DNA of 64,000 bases from Candidatus Eiseniibacteriota bacterium (GTDB taxonomy: Bacteria; Eisenbacteria; RBG-16-71-46; CAVPCR01; CBDCWB01): positions 898,724-962,723 of the forward strand of contig OZ244990.1 of the NCBI GenBank assembly GCA_965223205.1, read 5' to 3'. A model generated the notes under the pieces. That model had not been told where the DNA came from and ran no database searches. It saw only the letters and a program-made list of their open reading frames with translations. The translations under genes were made by a program, and so were the position numbers. Of the stretch, positions 37,021 through 45,888 are shown one piece after another. Position 1 is the first letter of the stretch. Every line of letters starts with the position of its first letter.

Positions 37021-39627
37021 ATGCATCGCTTTGCAGGTCGTACTCATTCATTTGTTGGCACCGACTCCCGCGGTCGTGGAAAGCGGGACCTGTTCGGTTT
37101 GATACTCGGATTTCTCGTGCTCTTGTCCCCGCACGTATGCCTAGCCCAGGCATTGGACGCCGTCGATCCAGCAGGTCGTCGCGAGCAGTTGGGATTTCAG
37201 CTGGAGTCACGTGGTGGCGCCTACGCGCAGGGCGACTCGTGCGATTGCGTTGACCTAGTGTTTGTAATCGATGACACCGGTAGCATGGTCGCATCGATCG
37301 AGAGCGTTGCGGAAGGAATCGCCGACATTCTCAGCGTTGCCGAGTCGACCTGTGGCGGGGATGTTAAGGCAGGCCTGGTGACCTTCAAGGACGAGATCGA
37401 GGTTGATGTCCCGCTCACCCTCGATCTGGTCGCCGTCGAGACAGGTATCGATGCAATCGCGGCGTCAGGTGGGCGCGGTGTCCCCGAAGCCTCAGATGAG
37501 GCGCTCCGAGAGGTGCTGACGGCGACTGAGTGTTCCCTCGTTGGTGGTTTTGATCCCGGCGCGTTCCGAGCCGAGTGCTGCAAGGTTGCAATCCTGGTGA
37601 CCGACGCGCCGCCAGGAGGGTGTGACGACAGCTTTACCTCCGGTATCGACGACGTAAACGCGCACCAGCGCGCTCTCGACGCTGCTGTGGCTGGTGTCGC
37701 GATCGGTGCGGTGCAGGTTGGCACTCACCCACATGCAAGACCGATCATGCTTGACTACGCGGCCACAAGCGGTGGCGTGTTCGCGGAAGTTGGCAGGAAC
37801 GGCAGCGGCACCGCCGCAGCCATCGAGCAAGTGCTTCTGCATTGCCTTGTCACGGAAGACGTGGAGCGCTGCTGTATCAGAGGAGCGACGATCGACGAGG
37901 ACCTCTGCGTTGACGTCCCGTTGGGCATCTGCAGCGAACTCGGTGGCGACGTGGTTTCCGACTGTAGTACCTGTGGGCCGCAGCCCTGCAACGACGCCGA
38001 CGTGAACGGCGACGGTAGGGTGGCAAGCGACGACCGCGAGGCGATCGTCAGGTGCATCGCCGGAACCCCACCGACTGGTGGAACCATCGAGGATTGCGAC
38101 ATCAACAAGGACGGCTGCATCAATCACCTGGATGTGCAGGCGTGGGAGTGTCGAGTCAACGGGGGGGCAGCAGAGGAGTGTTGCGAGCCGTGCACGCCGT
38201 GTGGGAACCAGGATTGCGACATCTCTCTCTCGGACTTGGGCATCTGCAGGCAATGTCTAACGGACTGCGACGGGTTCTGTTCGCCGAACACATGCGCAGA
38301 CCCACTGTGTCCGTGTGACAGCACCGGTGACGGTGAGTTCACGATGGACGACATTAATGTGTTCAGGTGCCTCTTCCTAGGAGGGGGGCGCGAGTGTTGC
38401 GAGTCGGATGCGCTCGAGGACATCATTATCATTCACCGTCCCACCCCCGACTGCGTTAATTGTTCCCCAATTGCCATCGACCTTCGAGCGGCAATTGTGG
38501 TGGGCGACAGCGACATCGATGTGGACCCGGATTCGTCGCGGGTAATTTACGCGACCAATCGCGGCCCGGCGATGACGACTCCAATGATGCTTGAGCCCGA
38601 CGACAGCTACCGCGGAACAATACCAGCGCAACCTGCAGGCACCTTGGTGGAGTACTCCCTCGAATTTCAGGATACGGATGGCAACACGTACACCGAGCCT
38701 GCAGGTGGACAAAAGCACAGCTTTGTTTTGGGAAATCTAATCGTCGTCGAGCAGTGGGACATGGAAACGGCGAGTGGGTGGACAGCCGGCGACGCGAGTA
38801 TGCCCGACGACGCCACTGGGGGAAGTTGGGAACGCGGTATTCCACAGGGGCTCATTGTCACGGTGGATGGAAACGACCTGCTCCTAACCCCGGACGCCGA
38901 TACATCTGAATCGGGTCAGTTCTGCTGGTTGACTCAGTTGGACACGGGTGTGCTCGGGGCGGACGACGTCGACGGTGGCAAGACGACTCTTGTTTCACCG
39001 GTGTTCGATCTGTCAAGTGAGCAGTACGTTAGGGTTCGGTACAACCAGTGGTTTACGAACGCTTTTTGGGATAACCCTGACGAGGATCCGTTTGAGGTCG
39101 CGATCTCGTCTGACGGTGGAGCAACGTACACGGTCCTTGAAGAGCAGTCGCTCGGAACGGCGCCGTTTTGGGAGCAGAAAGAGATTGTCCTCAATGGACT
39201 CATCAACTTCACCGACCAGATGCGTCTTCGGTTCGTCGTTAAGGACCTTGGCGGCGACTCGTTCGTGGAAGCTGCCATCGATGACGTCACGATAGTGCGC
39301 TGGGATCCGCTGCCGGTCGGTGTCAGCGACGCCGCCGACGCGCCGCGGGCCCGGGCATGGTTGGGGCACGCCCGTCCCAACCCGCTGAACCCAAGTACCG
39401 TCGTCGACTTTGCGATTCCCAACGATGCACTCGTCCAGCTGCGGGTTTACGATTTGGCGGGGCGGCTGGTGCAGACGTTAATCGATGCACCGTTGGCTGC
39501 CGGCACGCACCGTGCGACCTGGGATGGGTCGTCGGCGGACGGTGCGCCCGCAGTGTCTGGCGTCTACGTGTACAGGCTCGATGACGGTACATCTGTGCTG
39601 ACTCGTAAGATGGTGTTGCTGAAGTAG
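37021..39627 (+). CDS. Secreted multidomain protein: vWA domain, Cys-rich region with dockerin/EF-hand-like Ca-binding repeats, and a C-terminal sorting domain
   Basis: AGGAGG Shine-Dalgarno. Signal peptide. vWA MIDAS-like DLVFVIDDTGSM. Repeats DADVNGDGRVASDD, DCDINKDGCINHLD and DSTGDGEFTMDD. C-terminal ...LRVYDLAGRLVQTLIDAPLAAGTHRATWDGSSADGAPAVSGVYVYRL...RKMVLLK. Confidence 0.75.
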   Translation: MHRFAGRTHSFVGTDSRGRGKRDLFGLILGFLVLLSPHVCLAQALDAVDPAGRREQLGFQLESRGGAYAQGDSCDCVDLVFVIDDTGSMVASIESVAEGIADILSVAESTCGGDVKAGLVTFKDEIEVDVPLTLDLVAVETGIDAIAASGGRGVPEASDEALREVLTATECSLVGGFDPGAFRAECCKVAILVTDAPPGGCDDSFTSGIDDVNAHQRALDAAVAGVAIGAVQVGTHPHARPIMLDYAATSGGVFAEVGRNGSGTAAAIEQVLLHCLVTEDVERCCIRGATIDEDLCVDVPLGICSELGGDVVSDCSTCGPQPCNDADVNGDGRVASDDREAIVRCIAGTPPTGGTIEDCDINKDGCINHLDVQAWECRVNGGAAEECCEPCTPCGNQDCDISLSDLGICRQCLTDCDGFCSPNTCADPLCPCDSTGDGEFTMDDINVFRCLFLGGGRECCESDALEDIIIIHRPTPDCVNCSPIAIDLRAAIVVGDSDIDVDPDSSRVIYATNRGPAMTTPMMLEPDDSYRGTIPAQPAGTLVEYSLEFQDTDGNTYTEPAGGQKHSFVLGNLIVVEQWDMETASGWTAGDASMPDDATGGSWERGIPQGLIVTVDGNDLLLTPDADTSESGQFCWLTQLDTGVLGADDVDGGKTTLVSPVFDLSSEQYVRVRYNQWFTNAFWDNPDEDPFEVAISSDGGATYTVLEEQSLGTAPFWEQKEIVLNGLINFTDQMRLRFVVKDLGGDSFVEAAIDDVTIVRWDPLPVGVSDAADAPRARAWLGHARPNPLNPSTVVDFAIPNDALVQLRVYDLAGRLVQTLIDAPLAAGTHRATWDGSSADGAPAVSGVYVYRLDDGTSVLTRKMVLLK

Positions 39628-39763
39628 TATCACCACAATCAGTAGGTTATGAGGTGGGCGTCAGTCGGTGCTCTTCGGAGATACCCGGCTGGCGTCCGCT
39701 CTCTTGGGATGTCAGGGGCCGCAATGAACCGCCTCGGGTTTGGAAGGCCGCCGAGCGCCGCAC

Positions 39764-39972
39764 ATCAGTTGCTAGTGAGGGTCTCGAGGTCGCGCACCAT
39801 GACGTCGTAGCGCTCGAGGATCCGGTCCTTCCACCATGGGCGGTTCTCGCGATCCCAGAGTGCGGCGTAAGTGGTCTTGAGTTTCAGGAGTTCGTGCGCC
39901 AGTTCCTGGGCTGCTGCTGCAGCTGCTTCGGGCGACATTTGCGGCAGGGCCGAGCGCAGTACGTCCTTTTTC
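39764..39972 (-). pseudogene. 3'-terminal fragment of an unknown gene, abutting an IS91 minielement
   Basis: Minus-strand frame ...RSALPQMSPEAAAAAAQELAHELLKLKTTYAALWDRENRPWWKDRILERYDVMVRDLETLTSN* with a clean stop. Its upstream part is replaced by IS sequence. Confidence 0.3.
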
Positions 39973-39983
39973 GCAACCCATTG

Positions 39984-40332
39984 GAGCCGCCGATCGCTCC
40001 GTGCTCGCCCGGGGGTGATCTGGGACCGCTGTTCGAGCCTGGCCGCTCTGGGGCGAGGTTGCCGGCTCGTCCTCCCCCCTGACTCGACCCTCGTCTCGAG
40101 ATCCCAAATCTGACGATGGCGACGTCTCTGCCCCGCGGGGTCGCCGAGCGCAGGTCAGCGCATGCTCATCCGGGCAACTCGGCCGGCAGCTCCGCGGTCT
40201 CCGGCTTCTTTCCCGCGGCACGAGCGACTCCAAGAGGTGCTGACGCCGACAACAACAACCACTTGTCGCCGCCGCCAGCGTGGGTTGATACAATGGTGAT
40301 CGGCTAAAACGCGGTTCAATTCTCCTATGCGC
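39984..40332 (+). mobile_element. MITE-like ~350-bp ori-end minielement of the IS91-like family (subfamily 2)
   Basis: It corresponds to the last ~330 bp of the element minus an ~80-bp internal segment. It is >95% identical to 43,458-43,779 and to the 3' part of 16,612-16,997. Confidence 0.7.
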
Positions 40333-40931
40333 TCAAGGCCGGCAAGCTGCCGGATGTGCCGATTCACATCGATAGCCCGATGGCGATCGACGCGACCACG
40401 ATCTACGGTCGCTACATGGATGGGCACAATCTGGATGAATGCATCGGTAAAGACGGCCGGAGCACGCTGTTCCCCAACAACGTCTGCTTCCATCGTAGCG
40501 TCGATGAATCCAAAGAGCTGAACCGCTCGAGCGGCGCGCGCATCATCATTTCAGCCAGCGGCATGCTCACCGCCGGCCGCATCCTCCACCACCTCCGGCG
40601 CCGCCTGCCCGACCCCAAAAACTTGGTGTGTTTGGTGGGCTACCAGGCCGACGGAACCCGCGGTCGCGCACTGCTGCGCGGTGCTCGGTACCTGCGCATG
40701 CACGGCGAAGAGGTACCAGTACGCGCCGAGACACTGGTGTTGAACGGCCTCTCCGGACACGCCGATCGCGACGAGATTCTGCGCTGGATCGGCTCCTCAC
40801 CGAACCCGCCCAGCCGCATCTTTGTGGTGCACGGCGAGCCCAAGTCGGTTAAGGCGATGGCCGACGCGCTCCGCCACAAGTTTGACGCAGAAGTCGACAC
40901 GCCCGACTTGGGCGACGGGTTCGAGTTGTGA
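40333..40931 (+). pseudogene. C-terminal fragment of a beta-CASP / RNA-metabolising MBL-fold hydrolase (RNase J / CPSF-like)
   Basis: The frame runs back to the IS junction (..LKAGKLPDVPIHIDSPMAID, the typical beta-CASP motif). Then ...LSGHADRDEILRWIG...VHGEP (RMMBL). The N-terminal MBL domain is missing, replaced by the IS fragment. Confidence 0.65.
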
Positions 40932-40946
40932 ACGATCGTGGCGTCG

Positions 40947-41630
40947 CTACTTGACAAGGATCGCTTTTTGACTGCCGTGTACAACGCCGTCGACGAAGAG
41001 TCTGTAGAAGTAAGTGCCTGACGCGGCACCGCGACCGTTTGCGTCACGCCCATCCCACTGAACCTCATGGCGCCCGTGGTCGAGCCTTTGGTCAACGAGT
41101 TGACGGATTAACCGTCCCGAAACGTCGTAGACTTTGAGATCCACATCACCCGGCCCGCCCAGGTCGAAGACAATGGTGGTCCGGGGATTGAACGGGTTGG
41201 GGCGCGCACGGAAGAGCTGATAGCTCGCCGTGGCGAGTGGCGACCCGACGCCGTCGACGCCCGAGGTCGACCGCCAATCGACAACGGCAACCTCGCCATC
41301 GGCCGTGAAACAGAGGGCCTCGGGCGTCCCATCCGCGTCGATGTCGATGAGAGTGATCGACCTCAAGTCGCTGTAGCTGGCGCTGGTCCACTCGACGCCC
41401 CCGGTCGCCAGATCGATGATCCTGACCGACGTACCGCGAGCGCCGATACACTCGTCCTGCCCATCGCCGTCCAGGTCGCCGATGTAGCTCGGCTCGAGCC
41501 CCGCGCCGCTCGGTACCAGGCCTTCGAACCAGAACTCACCGTAGTCGTCAGCGTGTGTCACCCTGCTCAGCAAGAGCAAGGTTACGGCCGTGAAAGTCAG
41601 ATTCACCAAAAGTCGTCGTTTGGTTTGCAT
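40947..41630 (-). CDS. Small secreted FG-GAP-like protein with a C-terminal sorting domain
   Basis: GGAGG Shine-Dalgarno. Signal peptide MQTKRRLLVNLTFTAVTLLLLSRVTHA. YIGDLDGDGQDECIG motif. C-terminal NPFNPRTTIVFDL...LKVYDVSGRLIRQLVD...ASGTYFYRLFVDG...KAILVK. Confidence 0.65.
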   Translation of the reverse strand: MQTKRRLLVNLTFTAVTLLLLSRVTHADDYGEFWFEGLVPSGAGLEPSYIGDLDGDGQDECIGARGTSVRIIDLATGGVEWTSASYSDLRSITLIDIDADGTPEALCFTADGEVAVVDWRSTSGVDGVGSPLATASYQLFRARPNPFNPRTTIVFDLGGPGDVDLKVYDVSGRLIRQLVDQRLDHGRHEVQWDGRDANGRGAASGTYFYRLFVDGVVHGSQKAILVK

Positions 41631-41659
41631 CGCCTTAGCCTCCAATGACGCTCTGCGTC

Positions 41660-42079
41660 TCAGTCCGCGTGGTCCGGATCAGCTCCTGTGCCTGCCGGCG
41701 CGGCGGTGGCTACCCAGTCGACAACGTACGTAACCTGGTCGCCTAGCAAGATGGCCTCCGGAAACGTATCGCCATCGATGTCCATCAACGTGATGGAAGC
41801 GCTGAGCCCCTGATAGGGAGCACTCGTCCACTCAATCGCGCCTGTCTTCAAGTCAATGATGCGCGTGGTGTTGGCGTAGCGACCGATTAGCTCGTCGTCA
41901 CCATCGCCGTCCAAGTCACCAACGTAGCTTGCTGGCAGACCGTCGCCGGGAAGGTAGAAATCGACCTCCCAGAGGAAGGTGTAGGCAGCATTGGCGCTGA
42001 TCGGGGCCAGAGTCGCGAGCACGAACAGCCCGAGGGCGGTCAAACACGTAGCGTTGAGAAAGTTCTTCGTGCGTAACAT
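41660..42079 (-). CDS. Paralogue of the preceding gene that lacks the C-terminal sorting domain
   Basis: GGAGAG Shine-Dalgarno. Signal peptide. YVGDLDGDGDDELIGRYANTTRIIDLKTGAIEWTSAPY aligns with YIGDLDGDGQDECIGARGTSVRIIDLATGGVEWTSASY. Confidence 0.55.
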   Translation of the reverse strand: MLRTKNFLNATCLTALGLFVLATLAPISANAAYTFLWEVDFYLPGDGLPASYVGDLDGDGDDELIGRYANTTRIIDLKTGAIEWTSAPYQGLSASITLMDIDGDTFPEAILLGDQVTYVVDWVATAAPAGTGADPDHAD

Positions 42080-42298
42080 TCACTCTCCGATTTTCGTGGT
42101 TCTTGTGGATGGCCGGATCGCGACACGATCGATCCCGATCCGACTAGGAGTCTCCCAAGGAGACCCGCTTCATCCACCAGAACGAAGACAGCTGGAATCA
42201 GGGGCCATCACCACCGGCGCCGACCGCAGAACGCCCTCAACCAGGTTCAAGACGCCGCTCCGGCCGCCGATACAGGTGGTGAGCACACGCTCACCCCC

Positions 42299-42692
42299 TT
42301 GTTCTGGACATGGCTTATCACCGGTGCCAACCGCGGCATCGGTCTTGAACTCACCCGCCAAGTGTCTGCGCGCGGCGACCACGTGTTAGCAGGTGGCGAT
42401 TGTCACCAGCCTTATGGATTCGATGTCCGACAACGGCAGCGGGCGCTACTACGCCTACCGCATCTCCAAAGCTGCCGTCAACATGGTCGGCGTGAATCTG
42501 GCCCACGACCTGCGAGACCGCCAAATCTCGGTCGCGCTGTTGCACCCCGGAATGGTGGCAACCGAAATGACCGGTCGGCGCGGGATCAGCGTTGAGGAAT
42601 CGGCGAGCGGTCTCATCCAGCGCATCGACGACCTCACGCCCGAACAAAGCGGCTGCTTTCAACATCAGGACGGGACTGCGTTGACGTGGTGA
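42299..42692 (+). pseudogene. Short-chain dehydrogenase/reductase with an internal deletion and a frame change
   Basis: N-terminal WLITGANRGIGLELTRQ (TGxxxGxG) in one frame. C-terminal YAYRISKAAVNMVGVNLAHDL...LHPGMVATEM (YxxxK) in another. About 100 central residues are absent. Confidence 0.5.
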
Positions 42693-42816
42693 GCGGTGAG
42701 TAGTGCGGCCGCGCGGGCATGCAAACGCGGCCCGGGCGTTGAGCCCGAGCCGCCTTCACTCTTCGTCTTACGACGTTGCTGGAGTCACGTCGACTAGTTG
42801 GACGTCGCTGTGCCGT

Positions 42817-43457
42817 TCAACTGCGCCAACGCTCCTCGAAACGGGTCAGCTGCTTCTCGTAGTAGTCGTTCCCCGGATCTGCATCGATCGCTTGCTTGAT
42901 CAAGGCGACGTCTTCTTCACAGTCGTCCATGACGTTGCAGATTTCCGCTTCGGTATCGAGAACCATCGCGCGCTGCGAATCATCTTCGGCCAACTCAACA
43001 CCGCGCGCTGCCTTTTCACGTGCATCCGCCAGGTTGACCTTGTTCTCGAAGCACCACCACGCGAAACCGTTCAGCGTTCCCGAGTTTTCGGTCCAACCAT
43101 CTTCCATCGAGCCGCGCTTGAGGAGCACCGCCTTTTGCGGATCCTCTTCGACGTGCAACGCGTACTCCGGTAGCAGCTGCTCGCGCAGCTTCGACGTCCG
43201 CTCGTCATCACCGCCGGAAGCGCGTTCAACGCCAGCCTTGATATACGGCACGGCAAGGGCCACATCTTCGGCTTCGCGTGCAGCACCGGTCCTCATCTTG
43301 GCGGTGTAGACCAGGTCTGACAGCTCGGTGTTCGGAGACTTGAGGACTTGCTGCGCAGCCGCATCACGATCAGCGGCAGTGAACTTTGCGTCCTCGTCCT
43401 TGGTACCAGCGTAGATCGACTCGAAGATCGCATAGGCGAAATCCGCATCGGGGTTGA
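42817..43457 (-). pseudogene. 5'-truncated hypothetical gene abutting an IS91 minielement
   Basis: The minus-strand frame reads ...DFAYAIFESIYAGTKDEDAKFTAADRDAAAQQVLK...DYYEKQLTRFEERWRS* with a stop at 42,817. The N-terminal part of the ORF is IS-derived sequence. Confidence 0.45.
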
Positions 43458-43779
43458 GGGGGTGATCTGGGACCGCTGTTCGAGCCTGGCCGCTCTGGGG
43501 CGAGGTTGCCGGCTCGTCCTCCCCCCTGACTCGACCCTCGTCTCGAGATCCCGAATCTGACGATGGCGACGTCTCTGGCCCGCGGGGTCGCTGAGCGCAG
43601 GTCACCGCATGCTCATCCGAGCAACTCGGCCACTAGCTCCGCGGTCTCCGGCTTCTTTCCCGCGGCACGAGCGACTCCAAGAGGTGCTGACGCCGACAAC
43701 AACAACCACTTGTCGCCGCCGCCAGCGTGGGTTGATACAATGGTGATCGGCTAAAACGCGGTTCAATTCTCCTATGCTC
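43458..43779 (+). mobile_element. MITE-like ori-end minielement of the IS91-like family (subfamily 2)
   Basis: Near-identical to 39,984-40,332. It ends GCGGTTCAATTCTCCTATGCTC. Confidence 0.7.
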
Positions 43780-43818
43780 TTCTCCCTGACAACTCGCTTT
43801 CACTCACAGGAGTCAACC

Positions 43819-44499
43819 ATGTTGCAACAGGCGCTTGCGATCGTGCTCCTTGCAGCTTTTCTCTCCTCGACCCATCTCCCAGCATCGAGCGGTCCGATCA
43901 CGTTCTCGGATGGTACGTTCGACGCGGCCGACTGGACATCGTTCAAGATCGAGGACACGACGCCGGGTCAATCGGGCATCTTCACGGCCACACAGGTCAT
44001 GACAGGCGGGAATCCCGACGCCCATCACCGCGTGACCCTAACGTTCGTCGATGGGTACCTGATCATCGGGCATATGCGCGATGGCGCCGTGTACGATCCA
44101 AGCACGCAAGGCGGTGGGCTGCTGATCGACTTCTCGATGGACGTGTATCGCTTCGATCCGGCGCCTAACGCGTACATGTCGTACAACCTCCTTCTTTTCC
44201 AGAACGACACCTACTATGGAGCCAGTGCCGGAAACGCAGGCGAGTCGGTCTGGCGGACGTTCAGCAAGACCGGAGTGCAGTCCGTCAACTTCGGGCGCCT
44301 CGACGGTCCGGGTCCGGCGAACCCCGACTTCACCGACCAGGGTGGCCCGATCCAGCTCGGCTACGCAACCTCCAGCGGGACCAACTGGAACATCACGCAG
44401 GTCCGGGACGGCGGCCTCGACAATTGGAGCGCGACGATTCATCCGGGCGCACTCGCCATCGACCCATCCACGTCGGGGCGGATCAAGGCACTCTTCTAA
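43819..44499 (+). CDS. Hypothetical secreted protein
   Basis: AGGAG Shine-Dalgarno. Signal peptide MLQQALAIVLLAAFLSSTHLPASS. No recognisable domain. Confidence 0.5.
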   Translation: MLQQALAIVLLAAFLSSTHLPASSGPITFSDGTFDAADWTSFKIEDTTPGQSGIFTATQVMTGGNPDAHHRVTLTFVDGYLIIGHMRDGAVYDPSTQGGGLLIDFSMDVYRFDPAPNAYMSYNLLLFQNDTYYGASAGNAGESVWRTFSKTGVQSVNFGRLDGPGPANPDFTDQGGPIQLGYATSSGTNWNITQVRDGGLDNWSATIHPGALAIDPSTSGRIKALF

Positions 44500-44820
44500 C
44501 CCCGGACGTGGTCCGAGCGAACGTGCCATGCGTTCCGGCCAGGGCCGAGAGCGTGAAACCTCGGAGGAACACGGCATGTTGCGTGACGCAGCGATGAGCT
44601 CGGGCGACTCGGGCGAATCTCACTTCGCATGGCGCGGTGTGAACGTCTCACGCGCCGAGAACTTCGCCGACGCCTCCCTACACCGTCCTCATGTATGACC
44701 TGCGCAACCATGGCGAGAGCGATCTCGGTACGTGCCCGTGGGTCTCCTGGGGACCCGAGGAAGCCAAGGACGTCATCGCTTCGGTCGACTATATCTCTCA
44801 CCATCCACAGTACGAGGATG

Positions 44821-45006
44821 CCGGGCACACCAAGTCCACTCAAGCCCTCGTGGACGAACTCGATCGGCTTGGAGATTTCCCGCATCATCAGGCCGAACTC
44901 GTCGCTGGCTGCGCGCGACAAGATGTCGCGCCGCAGCACGATGCCGTTCCAGTCGTCGTCGTCGCCCGGGACGTGGATGGGGATCCGGGAGTGTGGCACC
45001 ACGGCG
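44821..45006 (-). repeat. Roughly 190-bp direct duplicate of an internal segment of the CNNM/CBS transporter gene (61,571-61,757), about 96% identical
   Basis: Its minus-strand sense encodes AAVVPHSRIPIHVPGDDDDWNGIVLRRDILSRAASDEFGLMMREISKPIEFVHEGL, which is identical in register to the gene at 61,339-62,403. Confidence 0.7.
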
Positions 45007-45800
45007 GCCATCACGTCAAAGCCGTGCCAGGTCGAAAGACCGATGTGAAGGACTGCGAGTGGCTTGCTGATCTTCTTGCGCACGGATTGATTCGTGGCAG
45101 CTTCATCCCACCGAGCCAATTCGAGAACTCCGCGAAGTCACACGCTACCGCAAGTCGCTGGTCCGAGACCGAGCCACCGAGATCAACCGCATCCAAAAGG
45201 TGCTTGAAACAGCGAACATCAAACTCGCGAGCGTCGCAAGCGACGTGATGGGTAAGCGAGAAGTTGATCGAGGAGTGCGACCAGAGAATCGAGGAGATGA
45301 CTCGCCCTTTTGAGAAGGAGGTCGCGCTACTCCAGACCGTGCCGGGGATTGGGCTGCGATCCGCTCAGGTGCTAGTGGCGGAGATCGGCATCGACATGTC
45401 CAGGTTTCCGAGCGCAGCGCACCTGGCGTCATGGGCTCGCGTCTGCCCAGGGAACAACGAGAGTGCAGGCAAGCGGCGATCAGGACGAACCGGCAGGGGA
45501 AACTTATGGTTGCGCACGACCTTGGTCGAGTCAGCTTGGGCTGCGTCGCACTCACGAAACACCTATCTTGCTGCCGCTCACCGACGCATTGCTCGACGAA
45601 GGGGCCAGAAGCGCGCGACGATTGCGATTGCTCATCGACTTCTCATCGCCGCCTACCACATCCTCGATCGCCACCTGCCCTACATCGATCTCGGTCCCGA
45701 CCATTTCGACCAGATCAACACCAAACGGCGAGCACGCTACCATCTGCGCCGACTCAAAGATCTAGGAGTCACCGTCTCGGTTGAGCAGGAGGTCGCATGA
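45007..45800 (+). pseudogene. IS110-family (DEDD) transposase remnant, N-terminally truncated with a frameshift and an internal deletion
   Basis: HVKAVPGRKTDVKDCEWLADLLAHGLIRGSFIPP (first frame) is followed by QFRELREVTRYRKSLVRDRATEINRIQKVLETANIKLASVASDV (second frame). About 60 aa are then missing. ORF 45,264-45,800 holds the Transposase_20 part (VPGIGLRSAQVLVAEIG...FPSAAHLASWARVCPGNNESAGKRR). Confidence 0.7.
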
Positions 45801-45888
45801 ATTTACAACGACTTACAGTTACTTTCTGAGCAACCACGCGCGGTTGATAGTGCCGACCCGATTTTCGGACAACCTCTTGCGGGGATGT

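Noticed and set aside
39984-43779. Regularly recurring ~330-bp near-identical repeats that might be taken for a CRISPR-like or tandem array
   Set aside because: The units are hundreds of bp long, irregularly spaced (kb apart), and are clearly the terminal portion of the IS91-like element. There are no short direct repeats with uniform spacers anywhere in the window.
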